NCBI GenBank assembly: GCA_051294375.1
Contig: CM119270.1
Coordinates: forward strand, 20,730,417-20,794,416
Length of the DNA stretch: 64,000 nt
From: Paraspadella gotoi
Taxonomy: Eukaryota > Animalia > Chaetognatha
Reading direction: 5' to 3'
Shown here: positions 11,871 to 34,400 of the stretch, one piece after another
How the letters are laid out: every line of letters begins with the position of its first letter
How positions within the stretch are numbered: position 1 is the first letter of the stretch
Translations under genes and position numbers: made by a program
The notes under the pieces: model-generated
What the model saw: the letters and a program-made list of their open reading frames with translations, nothing else
Told to the model about the DNA's origin: nothing
The model's database searches: none

Positions 11871-13165
11871 CAGAAAGTCTCGAATCTCTTAATTAGTGAA
11901 ATCGAAACGCGCTGGAGTTTTTCGAAGCGTAGCGAAGCGTCGATGTGCGGACAGACGGACGGACGGATCGACCGACCGACCGACCAACTCACACCACTTT
12001 TTTTCGTCGGCGACTTAATTAACCGGATTCACTCTTGATTAAATGAAGCGAAGTCACGCGTGAATTAAGTTAAACTCGAACTCGTCGAGTGAAATTTGGA
12101 GATAAAATCGAGCGAAAAAAAAAGAAGTGAAAAGTGAAAATTGCTTGTTTAATTGCTTCCTAAATAGCTTGTTCGGGGGTTGACGTTGCTTGTTTGAGCG
12201 AAAGAGAAAACGAATGAAAAGAGAAGAGAAACTTGAAATAATCGCTGGAAATAAATTAGCAGCAATTTTTGTAAGAGTCTTACAAGTCCGACAATTGCTT
12301 ACACCAATTGTAAAACGCCAAGTCAGGGCAAACGCAACTGTTTTTTTTTTGTTTTTTTTTTTTACTGTATTTAGCAGATGAAGACTCGCAGATGAAGGCT
12401 CAAAGAACTGAAACATGACCGTTTATTTAAAGTCGTTATTTGTAACAAATAAAAAGTTTTTTTTTCTCTTTTAAATAAAATTTTAAACTAAAACGCAAAG
12501 AAAGTTTGCGTCTAGTTTTGACCGTCAACTTTTCTTTAAAACGAAAAAAAACTGTCGAGCTGTTTAAGTAAAGAATCTCGTCTTTTTGGCCTAAAACCGA
12601 ATTTGGGAGGAAAAAGGTGAGGAAAAACTGGACGGAAAAAAAGGTTAGTTTGATGCCGCTTCTTTCTTATTTCTTTCTTTCTTTCTTTNNNNNNNNNNGA
12701 TAGGTGTTGGGTTGAAGGTGAAGAGAGAAAAGGCGTGACGGACGAAAAGAAAACAAGACGGTTTTTTGTTTTCTTTTTTGTTTTCTTTTTCTTTTTTATT
12801 TCGTTTTGAGTCTTAGAAACCGGAATTTCGTTTTTCTTTTCTCTCTTATTTTTCACTCTTTCTGTCCTTCTTTCTTTATTTATTTTTTTCTTTCTTTATG
12901 TATTTATTTCTTTCTCTCTTTCTTTCTATATTTCTTATTTTTATTTATTTATTTATTTATTTATTTATTTNNNNNNNNNNNNNNNNNNNNNNNNNNNNNN
13001 NNNNNNNNNNNNNNNNNNNNNNNNNNNNNNNNNNNNNNNNNNNNNNNNNNNNNNNNNTTTTTTTCATCTTTATTTCTTATGTTTTAAAGATCATTATGCT
13101 TTCCTACTTCTGTGTTTATTTCTCTGAGTGAAGCTTTCGTTGTCATCGTGTTCGTCCCCTTTTCA

Positions 13166-13213
<48 letters not shown>

Positions 13214-13439
13214 GTCTCCCTGTCTCTCCCCTTAATTATTCCACCGGAAAGCACAATGCGCCTCAACAAAAATCCCTTTTCGAAATTATGCACGATTTTC
13301 TTAATTTATTATTCTGATTTGTGGAAGGGAGATAAACAAACTTCGAATCATAACAGAGAATTAAAAAGAAAAAAGAAAAGGAAAGATGTAAAAGAGGAAA
13401 GAAAGAAAGAAATAAAGAATTAGAAATAAAAAAAAAGGG

Positions 13440-13472
13440 AGAATGAAAGAAAAAAAGAAAAAGAAAGATCGA

Positions 13473-13536
<64 letters not shown>

Positions 13537-14520
13537 AAAAAGAAAGAAAGATAGACAGAAAGATAGACAGAAAGAGAGAGAGAAATTAGGGTCCAAAAAA
13601 GGGTCGACTCTGCGAAATTAAGTTATTCTCCTTCGGTTATTCGGTGCGAGCTCTCGGGTCGATTTTTTGAGGCTGAAAACAACGAGTGAGGTTAATTAGG
13701 AAGGGAGATGGAGGGAGAGCAAAGGGCAGAGAGGGGAGGGGAGAGGGAGGGGATTTGGGAGGGAGGCGATGAAGGCTAGGGAGGGAGGTAGAAGTGGAGA
13801 GAGGATGGGGGATTTTGAGGGGAACGGAAGGAGAGGGAGAGGGGGACGGGAAGGGGAAGGGGGAGGGATAAGAGGGGGTGATTAGTTTGGTACGGATAAA
13901 CTAGAAGAGGGAGAAATGAGGGCATATGAGATACGATAGGGAGTAGATGGGTGGATTGAGGGAAGGAGGTATAGCAAGCGTGAGGGAATGGGAAAGAGCA
14001 ACAGGGAATGGAAAGGGAGAGGTGAGGCAGTGGTTGAAAGGGGAGAGGGAAGAGGAAATACATGTAAGTGGAGTGGGGCTATGGACAGGGAAAGGGAAGA
14101 GAGGCAGAGGGGTACGGGAGGGGTGGGTGAGGGAAAGACAGGTAGGAGGGAAAGGGGAAGGGAGAGGCGGATTGGTAAGGGGAGAGGTAGGGGAAGGGGA
14201 GGGGAAGGGGGAAAATATAGAGGGGAAGGAGGAGAATAGAGGTCGGAGACAGGAGGGGAAAGAGAGAAGGATGGTGAAGATGATGAGAGGGGAACAGTGG
14301 GGACGAGGGATAGAGGGAGGAGGTGGAAGAAGGGAGTGTGCAAGGAAGGGAAGGGAAGAGGATTAGTGGTGAGGGAGGTAAGGAGTGTATGAAGGGAGGG
14401 AAGAGGAGGGGAAAGGAGAGAGAGGGGAGGGGAAGGAGAAGGAATATAAAAGGGAGGGGGGAAAGGGGAAGGGCATGGCAGCAGGAGTATGGTAGAAGAG
14501 GAAATGAAGGAAAGACGTAG
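13440..14520. repeat. (GAAA)n run followed by a long G/A-rich low-complexity polypurine tract
   Basis: Strong purine bias on the + strand. Confidence 0.8.
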
Positions 14521-15191
14521 TAGGCAAATAAATGAGGAAAGAAAAAAATATTAAAGGAATAAAATAAACAAAAAAAAATTGTAGCGTGTAGTATTTTCTA
14601 TTTCGTTCACACATTNNNNNNNNNNNNNNNNNNNNNNNNNGAATAAAAAAAACCAAAAAATTGTAGCGGTAGTATTTCAGACCCCGCTACGGGGCGTGTA
14701 ATCCACCTGTAGTGACTGACCACAGCCCGATCCGAAGTTCGGGACCTTGTGTGCAACGGACGGTGAACTGCTACCGGCATCGTCTTCCACGAATTGTTAT
14801 TTTTCAGTGGGAAAAAATGTTTTAAAAAAATTAATTTAACATAGTTAACTTTCGCCATTTCTACATTAGTTTTTTACTCCAATCGAAAAAAAAAACTAAT
14901 TCACGCTANNNNNNNNNNNNNNNNNNNNNNNNNNNNNNNNNNNNNNNNNNNNNNNNNNNNNNNNNNNNNNNNNNNNNNNNNNNNNNNNNNNNNNNNNNNN
15001 NNNNNNNNNNNNNNNNNNNNNNNNNNNNNNNNNNNNNNNNNNNNNNNNNNNNNNNNNNNNNNNNNNNNNNNNNNNNNNNNNNNNNNNNNNNNNNNNNNNN
15101 NNNNNNNNNNNNNNNNNNNNNNNNNNNNNNNNNNNNNNNNNNNNNNNNNNNNNNNNNNNNNNNNNNNNNNNNNNNNNNNNNNNNNNNNNNN

Positions 15192-15227
<36 letters not shown>

Positions 15228-15409
15228 TAAACTACAAAGCTCGAGATTAAACTATATATTTTAATGTTTTCGTTCGCGTAATCTAGACATTACCTACAAA
15301 CATTTAGAATTTCTTAAATTTATTCATTGAAATAAACAAAACCCAGTGTTTGAGGAACAGTTGATCTGTAAAACCGTCAGGTGTCAACGCTTACAGTTTT
15401 AATAAAAAA

Positions 15410-15936
15410 CAAAAGATTTTTCCATTAAGCGAAAGGTCCAACTTGACGTTTTGATCGAAAAGTTCTTTGCCAAATTCTTAGCTTAGTGGTTCTCCCATAT
15501 CTTAAAAGTGGTACGAAGCTCGTAACAGACTAAAAATTTAAACGAGCTGCTATATTTACGTAGGTACATATGTATATGAGTTAATTCAATATAATAATTG
15601 AATACAAAGATTACAAATCAATTGATTTTGATTTTTAATATAATCGATGGCAATGTCTTTATTGGTATNNNNNNNNNNAAAGATTTTTCACATTTAGCGA
15701 AAGGTCCAACTTGAAGTTTTGATCGGAAAGTTCTTTTCCAACTTATTATCTTAGTGGTTTTCCCATATCCTAAAAGTGGTACGAAGCTCGTAACGGACTA
15801 AAAATTTAAACGAGCTGCTATATTTACGTAGGTACATATGTATATGAATTAATTTAATAGAATAATTGAATACAAAGATTACAAATCAATTGATTTTTAT
15901 TTTTATTATAATCGATGGCAATGTCTTTATTGGTAT
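15410..15936. repeat. Near-identical ~255-bp direct duplication split by a short N gap
   Basis: 15411-15668 and 15679-15936 differ only by scattered substitutions; probably two uncollapsed alleles. Confidence 0.8.
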
Positions 15937-17361
15937 ATAAAAAGATATATATATATATATATATATAAAGATGCAAATAAAAAAAATAGTTCAGCAAAGC
16001 TCCTCGGTCTAATTGTGCCGACAGTCATATTGGGCCAGAGAAATAAGCTTTTTTCTCAAACGAACCTTAATTTGATTTGACTTNNNNNNNNNNNNNNNNN
16101 NNNNNNNNNNNNNNNNNNNNNNNNNNNNNNNNNNNNNNNNNNNNNNNNNNNNNNNNNNNNNNNNNNNNNNNNNNNNNNNNNNNNNNNNNNNNNNNNNNNN
16201 NNNNNNNNNNNNNNNNNNNNNNNNNNNNNNNNNNNNNNNNNNNNNNNNNNNNNNNNNNNNNNNNNNNNNNNNNNNNNNNNNNNNNNNNNNNNNNNNNNNN
16301 NNNNNNNNNNNNNNNNNNNNNNNNNNNNNNNNNNNNNNNNNNNNNNNNNNNNNNNNNNNNNNNNNNNNNNTGTCTGTCTTTTTGTATGTCCTTGACTCAG
16401 TCCTTTTTCTCACTCTCTCTAATATGTTTTATCTCTGTCGCGCTCTCTTTCATTACATTATTTTTTCTCTCTCCCTCCCTCTCCCTCTCTCCCCCTCTCC
16501 CTCTCTCTCTCTCCGCCAACCCCCCCCCACATTCCATTGGCAATTCTCTCCGCTTCGCTTCACCTTCGTCGTCGTCGTCGTCGTTAGCCTTTTGTTTTTT
16601 TCCTCATCGTCATTTCACCAACGTCACGCGAGACGGCGCTTCGTCGCCGACTACGATGAAATTCGCCTTTTTTTCGTCCCTCATTCTTTTTTCGTCGCGT
16701 TCGTCTCTCAAAACCTAAAAATAGAATCATCAATTTTCATTTATTTGTTTTGGGTTTTTCGCTAAAAGTTTCTAACTCGCGAAAGCGCACGTCGCTTTTT
16801 CAGTCACGCCGCGAGTACTCGCGGAAAAACCCAATAAGGCACTTTTCGGTCGGTTGGCCATGTCTGTCTGTCTTTTTATCCGTCCGTCAGTATATCTGAC
16901 GTTTAAAATACTATATATAGCAATATTGTAGCATTTTGATAGCTAGGATAGATATTTTATTGCTAATGTTTTTCATTTTAAATGCTCATAAGTCATAACT
17001 GAGATAACACTCAGTAATTTTTATTACTACTTGGAGATAAGATAATAAAGATATGATTCATAATGTGCTTTTTTTCATACTAGTTTGCTAATTGAGAAAA
17101 CTTAAAAATATCATTGCGTCGCAAATCCTTGAACTCGGTTTTTGTTTGAAGCGAAACACAATATTTTGATTTCCAGTCCATTAGCCAAAGCAACCAAAAG
17201 TTTTTCGTCAATATTAATTCATTATTAAGGAAATTTCGGTCTTTTTCTTGTCGCTGAAATTTTGATTTTATAACTTTTTAAAATGAATATAAACAATAAA
17301 ACTAGTACATCTCAGTAAAATAAAATCTTCCAACTGCCAAACACAGCATCTTCAATCAGCG

Positions 17362-25601
<8,240 letters not shown>

Positions 25602-27157
25602 TGAAATGGAAGGAGATAAAGAAAAAGAAGCGAGGGAAGAAGATGGTGATAGATAGAAGAAGATATAGTAAAGATTAGAATTCCGACTTTTACTCTATTA
25701 CATATTTACCTCAATTTACTCGTAGTATTTTGATTGTCCAATGTGTTATTTCGTGTTTTTTTTTTCAAAATATTTATTTTCTTTTTGCTTCTGCGACAAA
25801 AATTGCATGACCGATTTTCCGAAATCTACCTCGGCAGAATTTTCTGCTTTTTGCTTTATACGGCGCTTTTTTTTTGTTATTTAAATCTCTAATTTTGTTA
25901 GTTTTTTAACATTTATTTAAGCTGTCGCCAAATTATGAGACAGTATTTATTTTATTATATTTTTACAGTTAATTGTAATGGCATTTTTGACTGAATTTCC
26001 TCTTCAATAATTGATGAAGCAATATATACAGAATTGTCAGCATACGTAATAAATACGTGAGACAAAGGTATTATTTTAAACTAAATTCTGACAGTAGGTC
26101 AGTGACACAAAACTAAGCTAAATATAAAAATAATCCAACCAATATTGGATTACATCAACCAATAGACGGGCTCACCTTTTGTCTATCAAGAAGCGCAGAT
26201 GTCGCTCCAACGCTAAATTTTTCTAAAACCCGCAAAGGACAAAAGACAAACGTTTCCATGACAGAGAGAGACGCCGCAGATATTGACTTTAAAGATGAGA
26301 ATCTTTGACATTGAAAATCCATCCCGACTTTACAAGGCGGTCAATCAACAAACATAAAAACAATGAAAATGCTAGCATAAATAGAATTAAATAGTAAACA
26401 TTTAAAACAAAATAAAATGGTGACTCAACCTGAAGCATCACGGCGCTCGTCTCGATGTCGCCACGCCTCTGACGGCGCCGCCTCTTCCGCCACTCGCTCT
26501 CTGGCTTCCCCTTCCGCCCTGCCGCGCCCAAGACTTCATCTTCAACCGCCTTCCGCCCAAAACTTCCGGCGTTCATCCGCTCTCTTCATCAGTCTTCTTC
26601 ACGACTTCCGGCAAATACGAGAAAGCGCGCGAAAGTCGTTCGACGCTCTCTCGAAGATTATCGGCGCTTCCAAAGCAGGGTTGGTATAAAAAATGGGTGG
26701 TTGCTAAATGGCAGGAAACGGGAGGGCGAATTTTTGGCAAATAAGGATTGCAGGACTGGGAGGAAAACTTTGATTGAGCAGCAGGAACGATTTTCCTAAT
26801 TTGTCTTTAAGGATTTTTTTACAGCAGGAATAATACTCGAGACAGGATTGAAAAAAAATACTTAAATGGACAATTAATAAGCAATTTTCAAATTTTCTAA
26901 TGAATTTTAAAAAGGCCATCAGGTCCGAGGGTCTTTAAAAAAGAAAAAAGGTTAAAGTAATTTAAGTCTATACTATAAAAGTTTTTTTTTAAATGTTTTT
27001 TTCCCAGATGAAAAAACCCACGAAGCAGAAACGCATTTAAACTTAATAAATAAAATATTTTATAAGTCAAAAAACATTATTCATATGGAATTACCACTGG
27101 TATATTATGTTTAATGGACCTTTTTTTTTTAAGTTACTAAACTCCAAACCGTTCCAG

Positions 27158-28411
27158 GGTCGCGGCGAAACTAGCACCGGCGCGTCTCCGCCCAAAAAAC
27201 CGGCGCCATTTCGCGTCAAGAGCGAATATCAGAAAAAGTATCGGCCTCATTTCTCGGCCGAGGATCCGGCGCCGGAGAGAGAATATCGCGGCCGAGTGGA
27301 TTATCGCGGTTTCCGGCGATTCCTCGAGTGCCGACACACGCCGTGGACAGGAAGCGCCGGAGAGGAGGAAGAGGAGGAGGAGGAGAGCGTCTGCGATTGT
27401 GGAAAGGGAGGAACGCCGAGACCGGAAGGGGGCGTGGCTTGCGTCGGACACGGGAGGAGGAAGAGGGGAAGAGGATCGCTGGTTATAGAAGATGGCGCCG
27501 ACGACGCCGCTTTTCATGTCGGCGTTAAAGAGTCAACGACGCCGGGTAGAGGACGGCGTCGAAAAGATCGAACGGCGTCGAGCGGCGCCAAATTGACGGC
27601 GCCGATAGACGACGCCTCTCGCCGGAAAGAACCATTAATCCCGGCGGTTACATCTCCTAGATCATCGAATACGCCGTCTGTAACCCCATCTGTAGCTTCG
27701 AGAACGACGGCGTCGAAAATCTCGGAGAAAAGAACATCGAGGCCGACGGTCATCACAGTCACGAGGAACCCTCTGATGACGCCGCAGGATGGAGCAGCGA
27801 CGCGGCAGGCAGCAGCAGCGACGCGGAAGGCAGCAACAGCGACGCGGCAGGCAGCAGCAGCGACGCGGCGGGCCGAAGTAGAGTCGCCGCAGCCAGCCGA
27901 GACACAGCGACGTTCTTTTCCCGTCGACCGGGGATCTGATTCCGATTCCAGTTTCTCCTCAGGCGACGCCGGCTCTTCCACGGCGCTGTCGACACCTCGC
28001 GACGCGGATCACCCGAATCCATCTCCTACCCGCGCTTCGCAGTCTCGGTCCCGCGCTGCGCAGTCTTGTCCCCACGCTACGCATTATCGATCCCGCGCTA
28101 CGCATTCCCGTCCCCGAACGGCGCCCCCTCCTACCAAAACGGCGCCGCTCTCCCGCGCCTCCCCGACAAGGCGCCCACGTCGAGGCGGCGTCTTTCCACT
28201 GCGACGCGTTCCTCTTCCCAGGGAGGACGCCGGGACGCCGTTCGCTCCGTACGGCGCCGGAAATCGGCCGGAACGCGTCGCCGATCGAACGACGTTTAAC
28301 GTCCGGGCGTCGGACGGCGTCGCGGAGTCGGCCAAGCGCGTGGCCGGAAGAGAGGCGTGGCCGGAAGAGAGGCGTGGCCCGCCGAAGAGGAGGCGTGGCC
28401 GAGAGAAGTAG
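27158..28411 (+). CDS. CCSAP: Centriole, cilia and spindle-associated protein homolog (main exon; 5' exons probably at ~26280-26680; 3' end in error-rich sequence)
   Basis: N-terminal motif VKSEYQKKYRP...EYRGRVDYRGFRRFLECRHTPW parallels CCSAP VKSEYMKRY...YRELLHYRLGRRLLEQAHAPW. C-terminal motif PFAPYGAG...RTTFNVRAS..V.ESAKR parallels PFALYGWG...KTHNVCAS...HESALR. The acceptor is ttccag at 27157. A frameshifted remnant resembling the terminal W.xEY...CFS motif lies at ~29075-29130. Confidence 0.8.
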   Translation, partial: GRGETSTGASPPKKPAPFRVKSEYQKKYRPHFSAEDPAPEREYRGRVDYRGFRRFLECRHTPWTGSAGEEEEEEEESVCDCGKGGTPRPEGGVACVGHGRRKRGRGSLVIEDGADDAAFHVGVKESTTPGRGRRRKDRTASSGAKLTAPIDDASRRKEPLIPAVTSPRSSNTPSVTPSVASRTTASKISEKRTSRPTVITVTRNPLMTPQDGAATRQAAAATRKAATATRQAAAATRRAEVESPQPAETQRRSFPVDRGSDSDSSFSSGDAGSSTALSTPRDADHPNPSPTRASQSRSRAAQSCPHATHYRSRATHSRPRTAPPPTKTAPLSRASPTRRPRRGGVFPLRRVPLPREDAGTPFAPYGAGNRPERVADRTTFNVRASDGVAESAKRVAGREAWPEERRGPPKRRRGREK

Positions 28412-31400
28412 GGCGTTGGTTTTTGGGTTGGCTCCGGTGGCGCCGTGGGGGCGTCGACGTGGAGGGTGGAGAAGGAAAGGAGTATGAAGAGAGGATGAAG
28501 AATAATGGCGAGAGAGGTGGGGGTGTGAGTGTGAGAAGAAGTAATTTGGGGGACCGAGAAGTAAGTAGATGTGGGAGTAGGGGGCGAGGAGTGGGCATAG
28601 AGAAAAAAGAGTGAGGGAGAGAGGAGACGGAGAGAAAGCAGGGAGAGAGTAGAGAGAGAGAGGAGAGAATATGATGAGAGAAACGCAGCGCGAGAGAGAG
28701 AGTAATGACGAGAAAAGAGAGCGAGATGAGAGAGAGAGAGTGAGCCAGCAGCAGAGAGACGAGAGCAAAATAGGAAAGAGAGAGAAGGGAGAGAGTAAGT
28801 GAGAGAGAGGAGAGTAGAGAAGAGAGAGAGAGTGACGACGCACGAGAGAAAAAAAGAAGAGACGAGAAGCGAGTAGATGGGTGAGGGCTGAGAGCAGAGA
28901 AGAGAGGTGCAAGAGAGAGAGAAGAGAGCAGTGACGCAGAATCAGAACGCGTAGCAAGATGGAGACAAAAATGGGTTAGTCTCGAGGGAGAAAATAGACG
29001 GGGAAGGGAGAGCGATTTCGACATGCGGCTGTAATAGGAGTGGCTGCTGCTTTTTTTGCCCTTTTTGCTCAACAATGAATTATGGGAATTCGAAATTAAT
29101 TTCAAGAAGTAAGTGCTTCTCAACGTTTTGAGTACTGATGCACCACAGAGTATATTAAATGAGTTAATATAGCTGGAGATTGGGTTAAATATTTAATATT
29201 AAAAACGACTATTATAATTATTACATAATTCTGTGTTTAATATTATTAGGTGCTTCAATTATTTGCGCTACCGCACTCTTACAAGTCTACTTTCTCTCTG
29301 CACTGTCTCTATTCATACTGTACTCATCTCTTCCTATTTTGCCTTTTTTCGTCGTAATCTAAGTTATGGAAATTATCAAATTTTTTAGCCCTAACTAGAT
29401 TTATAATGTCTTCAGCTCATTCATTAAACAACCTCGCGTACACAACTTGCTGACCATTAATGATTATCTCTACTCCTTCAAATTCCCATCAATCTCATGC
29501 TTCGTATCACATACTCTCTTTGTCTTTTCTCTCTCTCTCTCTCTCTTCTCTCTGCGTCTCTTCCTCTCTCTCTCTGCCTCTCTCTCTCTCTCCTGTCATC
29601 CTGGCAGTGAAGAGTTTCGTCAGATGCTCAATCTTCGTAACTTCCGTACACCTGCTCTTTTCCGTCCTGACTACTTTACTTTAACTCAAATCGAAATCTT
29701 TTCTGCTCTAGGAGTTTCGACCTGCCGTCAACAGTCGAAAGGAATTATCCCCGGATGTGCCTCCATCTATTCTTGATTTGAGGTATATGTCTCTACACTA
29801 ACTCTCTTCTTTGACCATATTTGTCTTAAAAAGAAATCGCGTAGACTGGGATCAGCTCATAGGTTCGTGATTCGGGGTAAATCACACTCAAGTTCTGACT
29901 ATGTTCAATTATAATCTGACTTTTTCCGGCTAATTATTTCAATATTATGATAGGACTCCAATGGGAAATACTTTTATTTTAATCTACTTGGATAATGGAT
30001 TGGAACGGGTTTTTGCCAGCTGCCCTGTAGCAATACAGCGACGCCTCTACAGCTCGGACGAAATCCTCTCCATCATACCCAAATCATTACTCCTCAGCCC
30101 ATTATAAATCAAACCCACGCGCTCCAGGCTTCGGAACCGCACAACACCTCTAATACTCAATTCTCACCATCATCCACTCAACTACTCCATACCCCTTACT
30201 ACCTTAAATCAGTAATCTACTCTAACTTCCCCTTTGACATTGAAATGCGATCCCGTGCTCTTTCAATCCACATACAAGCCTGTCAGGATACCTTCACGAA
30301 AACAAACCAATCACACTTCGCGAAGCACTACGGCTGCGAGATCAAGCCCCTCCACCATCTTTCACCCTCATCTCTCACTCAACTTGCTCTTCTCACCGTT
30401 CACATCTCTCTCTTTCAAAACTATATCAATCCCATCACACTCTCAACACATCACATTACACCCACACCCTCACTCCCACCAATCCAATCCCACTCCAACA
30501 CCACTTCTACTTCAACCTAGCTACATGCCACTCAATCACCAAGTCAACCCTTCCCAACCAACACCACTCACGCAACCATAGTCTCCCACTCATACCCACT
30601 TTTCCAAACATTCATCGCTTTCACGCATCCCACGATGAAACAAACGCGGGGGTCTATATACCATTTGGGCAGGCAACGGCCGCCTCAACATTACTTTGGC
30701 CGGGTTAAACAATTTTACCCTCCGGAAACCCGACGCTGCGCTTTCCGGTTTACTATCACGGGAGAATAATAAAGTTAATCTCTTCGACACATCATCTTTT
30801 GGACGAAAACGAGTTACGATTTTCTTTTTTTTCTTTCGATTAACCACTCGTGGATTTTTTTGTTCGCGCTCTAATTCGTAATCTAATTGAACGGTTTTGT
30901 TTTGGGTCATAATTATAATTTACGGAAACAGCGCGAAAAAAAACACACTTGTTTTGTTCGATGCAGACATTTAATGGTTTGTTTTTTCTTTTTCCTTTTT
31001 GTTATACGAAATTAAAATCCTTCATATTTCCCAGTAATAAGACACATTCTATATATATATGAGACAGTTAGAGAAGTCTGAGTAGTGAAATTAATTTATT
31101 CTTAATTCAATTTATCACGAAAACAAGAAACGTCGGACGCACAGAGCACTTACATTTTCTTTTGTTATTATAAAAATTAATCATCATTAACTATGTTTTA
31201 ACTCAGTTTTGTACGTAGTAATCATAATAGTATATATATTGTACGATAAATAAGTCAAAAATTTTACGCGGATTATTTCATTATTAATTACGCCAATCAG
31301 AATGCGGCCGTTCAAAAATTCTTTGCTTCTATTTTTAGATCTTTTTTTTTTTCTCTTCCAGCTTTTTATTTCTCTCGGTCGCTGCGTCTTTTAATCCTGT

Positions 31401-34400
31401 CGATCGTCTTGTAAGCTCGCGGGCCATTTCCCTATCCTTTCTCCACCGTAAAGGTCAATCATCTCGACGGACTAATCCATTTACAGCACCCATTCCGGTG
31501 TCAATAGGTCCGGACCGGATGATTATTGACGCGGCGCGTCAAGTTCGGGATTTTCGACCTTGCCCATTTAACAGACCTTTTTTATATGCGTGACATTAAA
31601 TTTTCAAAAAGGTTTCTAACAACCGGACATTTATTATTTTCTATTGACAGAATTATACTTGGTCGTAGGTCACTAGGAGCTTCCTTCCTGGCAGGTGTTT
31701 TTGGCTGGATAAGACTGTTTTCCACGGTACGTACACGCCTCGTCGTGTATACGTCGCACCAAGTGGTGCTTCTTTTCACAATGAAAAAAATAATATTTAA
31801 TTGTCTTATTGGCCTCAAGGGTGTAGTACATTGTCCCAAATCGGGGATACAACTTGAGTACCGGCCGTGTTGAAGGTCAATACCTAAGCATGTTCAAGGC
31901 ATAAAGCACTGACAATCAATAATTAAAAATAAGTCATTATCAATTTAATATTAATATATTTATCATATGAAACTGACCATTACAAATACAGTGTTCACTT
32001 TTTTAAACCCGGCCTTCAATATTCATGAATCTGTAGTATCTTGTAATGTAAACTTTATCCTCATCATATCATAAATTATTATTTTTAGACTATTCTATCT
32101 CTCCATCATAAATCATCAACATCAAACATCAATCTATTATCATCAATCACATCTGCATCATCATTCTTTGTCATTCTTAATATGTTTCCCCATTATTCCT
32201 TCTCTTTCGGATACACGACGCCTTGGAAAAAAAAGGTTCGTTGCCCGTCGTCATGATCCCATCCCTAGTCGTCGTCGTCGTCTCGGTCGTGTCGTGTCGC
32301 TCGTCGTCGTCCGTCCGAGTCGTCGGATCAAAAGCGAAATTTCATTGGTTTGTTCGCAAAGTTAAAAATGGGAATCACGACGCACCCTAAAACGAATAAG
32401 ATGAACTATTGAAGGAGGGGATAATAAGTAAACTCGGACTTAAAAGCGAAGGACGAAGAGACGAAGCTGGCTATTATTACAAGGGACGTTTCGCAGGGAA
32501 CCACTGTAGCCTCAGCCATCCGATCTATTTACCTACTCAGCAACCTTACTCATGTAATCTCCAAGAACACGCAGCAGAGATGACAAGCAACTTAGAAGCA
32601 CATAGAAAACAAAACTTCAGTTAGGTGAGGGCTCGGGAAGATGTGGGTGGGGAGTCCACTCAGCTGATAAAATAAGTTCGCTATGTTTAACACACCTACC
32701 TATAGAGACTCATTGGTAGTTAGATAATTAATCAAATTTTAACAAACAAATGTCGACTCGCACAAGCCTAACTTAACTCGCATCGGGAGACTGGCCAAAA
32801 CGCTCTAAGCTATTCAATTAATGACTTCAGATAAGGAACCATCACTAAACAAGTCACTTGACCAACTGACCGGAGGCGCATCTAACATTCAGTGCCGACT
32901 GGCATTTGTCCTGCACCTAAACCACTAGCAGAAACATGAAATTCAATAACATCGTTATTTTCTATACTTACACTCCTAAATTGATTGGCGATAACATGTT
33001 ATAAGAGAGGGTATTTATTGCTGATACGCTGTAGTAACTAGGATGTTCAAGAATTAATAATTAATTAATAGATTATTAAATTAATAGATTTTAAATTTAT
33101 ATTCAGCTTGATACATACCGCCGTAGTATTCTCGTATATCATAGCTCCGCGCCTTATCGCGCAAACAAAATCGAAGAGATTAAGGCAAGGAGATTTCAGG
33201 AAAGTTAGTGGGTCGAAACGATAACGATAATATATGTTAGATTTTTTTAAATAAAAACAAAATAATTTTCTTTTATTCAACATTTTAGTCGAAATATGAC
33301 ATCCCATTCAAGCATATTTATTACGTAGATGTGGTAGATTCTAAACAATTCTTCTTACGATAATTAATAATCATTCGGAGACTACTATTGCTTTATCGCA
33401 ACCACGGGGCTCCTAGAAAGAGGATCCATCTTCTTTTGTTTCGTTATTGACACTTCTCTCTAGATTCTTGGCCCTCTTCTTTATTTCTATTCCTTCCCCG
33501 GTTTAGGCCGCCATTTCGTTAAATGTCGGAGCAGTCGTTATATTAATATTCATAGAAAAAAGCAAATGCAAAGGCAAATCTTTTGATTTCTTCTTAATCA
33601 TTACCGCCTTTCTTGGGCACCTCTGTCTGAATAAGTAGGACATGAATGATTTCCTATCAGGAGCTTGATTTCTCAATCATCAAACTTTTGTTACATGTAA
33701 ACATGTAACTGGCCATTTCTATAGTACGCAAAGTTTAAAAACACAAAAAATCCTACAGTATCTACAGTCCTTTTTTTAGAATTGCATCCTAAAACAAAAA
33801 ACAAATAAAAGAATAAAACGTGGCCAAGTTTCTAATATTCTATATTTTTTTAATTCATAATCAGTCTAATTTTTATTTTTTTCCGTTTCATTCTTAATAA
33901 TTTCAATATTAAAGTTGTGTTTCTTAATTTCCATTCTGTTACATCGTTCGACGCCAAACTTTCGTCATTGTCGCGTCAGCGAATTCACTCTTTCTTTCCA
34001 ATAGCTTTTTCTCTTCTTCGTAGCTTTATAAATCGTTGATCCGGTCGAATCTTATATTTTTTTCGTGAGATGGTCGCAATGCCTGATACCTGAGCACGCC
34101 CTCTGCGGGAAAGAACGAAGAGAGCGTTCTATTACTACTTTTTTTTCGTTAGTTGTTCACAAAAAAGTTTTTCAATTTATCTGGTCGCGTTCTCCGAATC
34201 TCTGCCGTACTCTCTCTTCTTTTCTTTTGTTCCGTCTCGCCCGCCGTACCCAACGTCCTAAGGGATCTAATACGCTACGCTAATCGACTGACAGCCGCTG
34301 CTTGCTAACCGCCTAAAGACATGACCTTTAACAGCGGGATATTCTGAGGCCAGGGTCGCTGCTCGTTAAACCTCGAATGGTTCATTTTACGCCTGGGAGG

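Noticed and set aside
10014-14520. Many ORFs rich in ER, SL, HPSI or G/E/R
   Set aside because: They are translations of (GA)n, (GGAT)n and polypurine low-complexity DNA.
27959-29123. 332-aa and 275-aa minus-strand Leu/Ser-rich ORFs
   Set aside because: They are antisense to CCSAP and to a degraded GA-rich tract; compositional artefacts.
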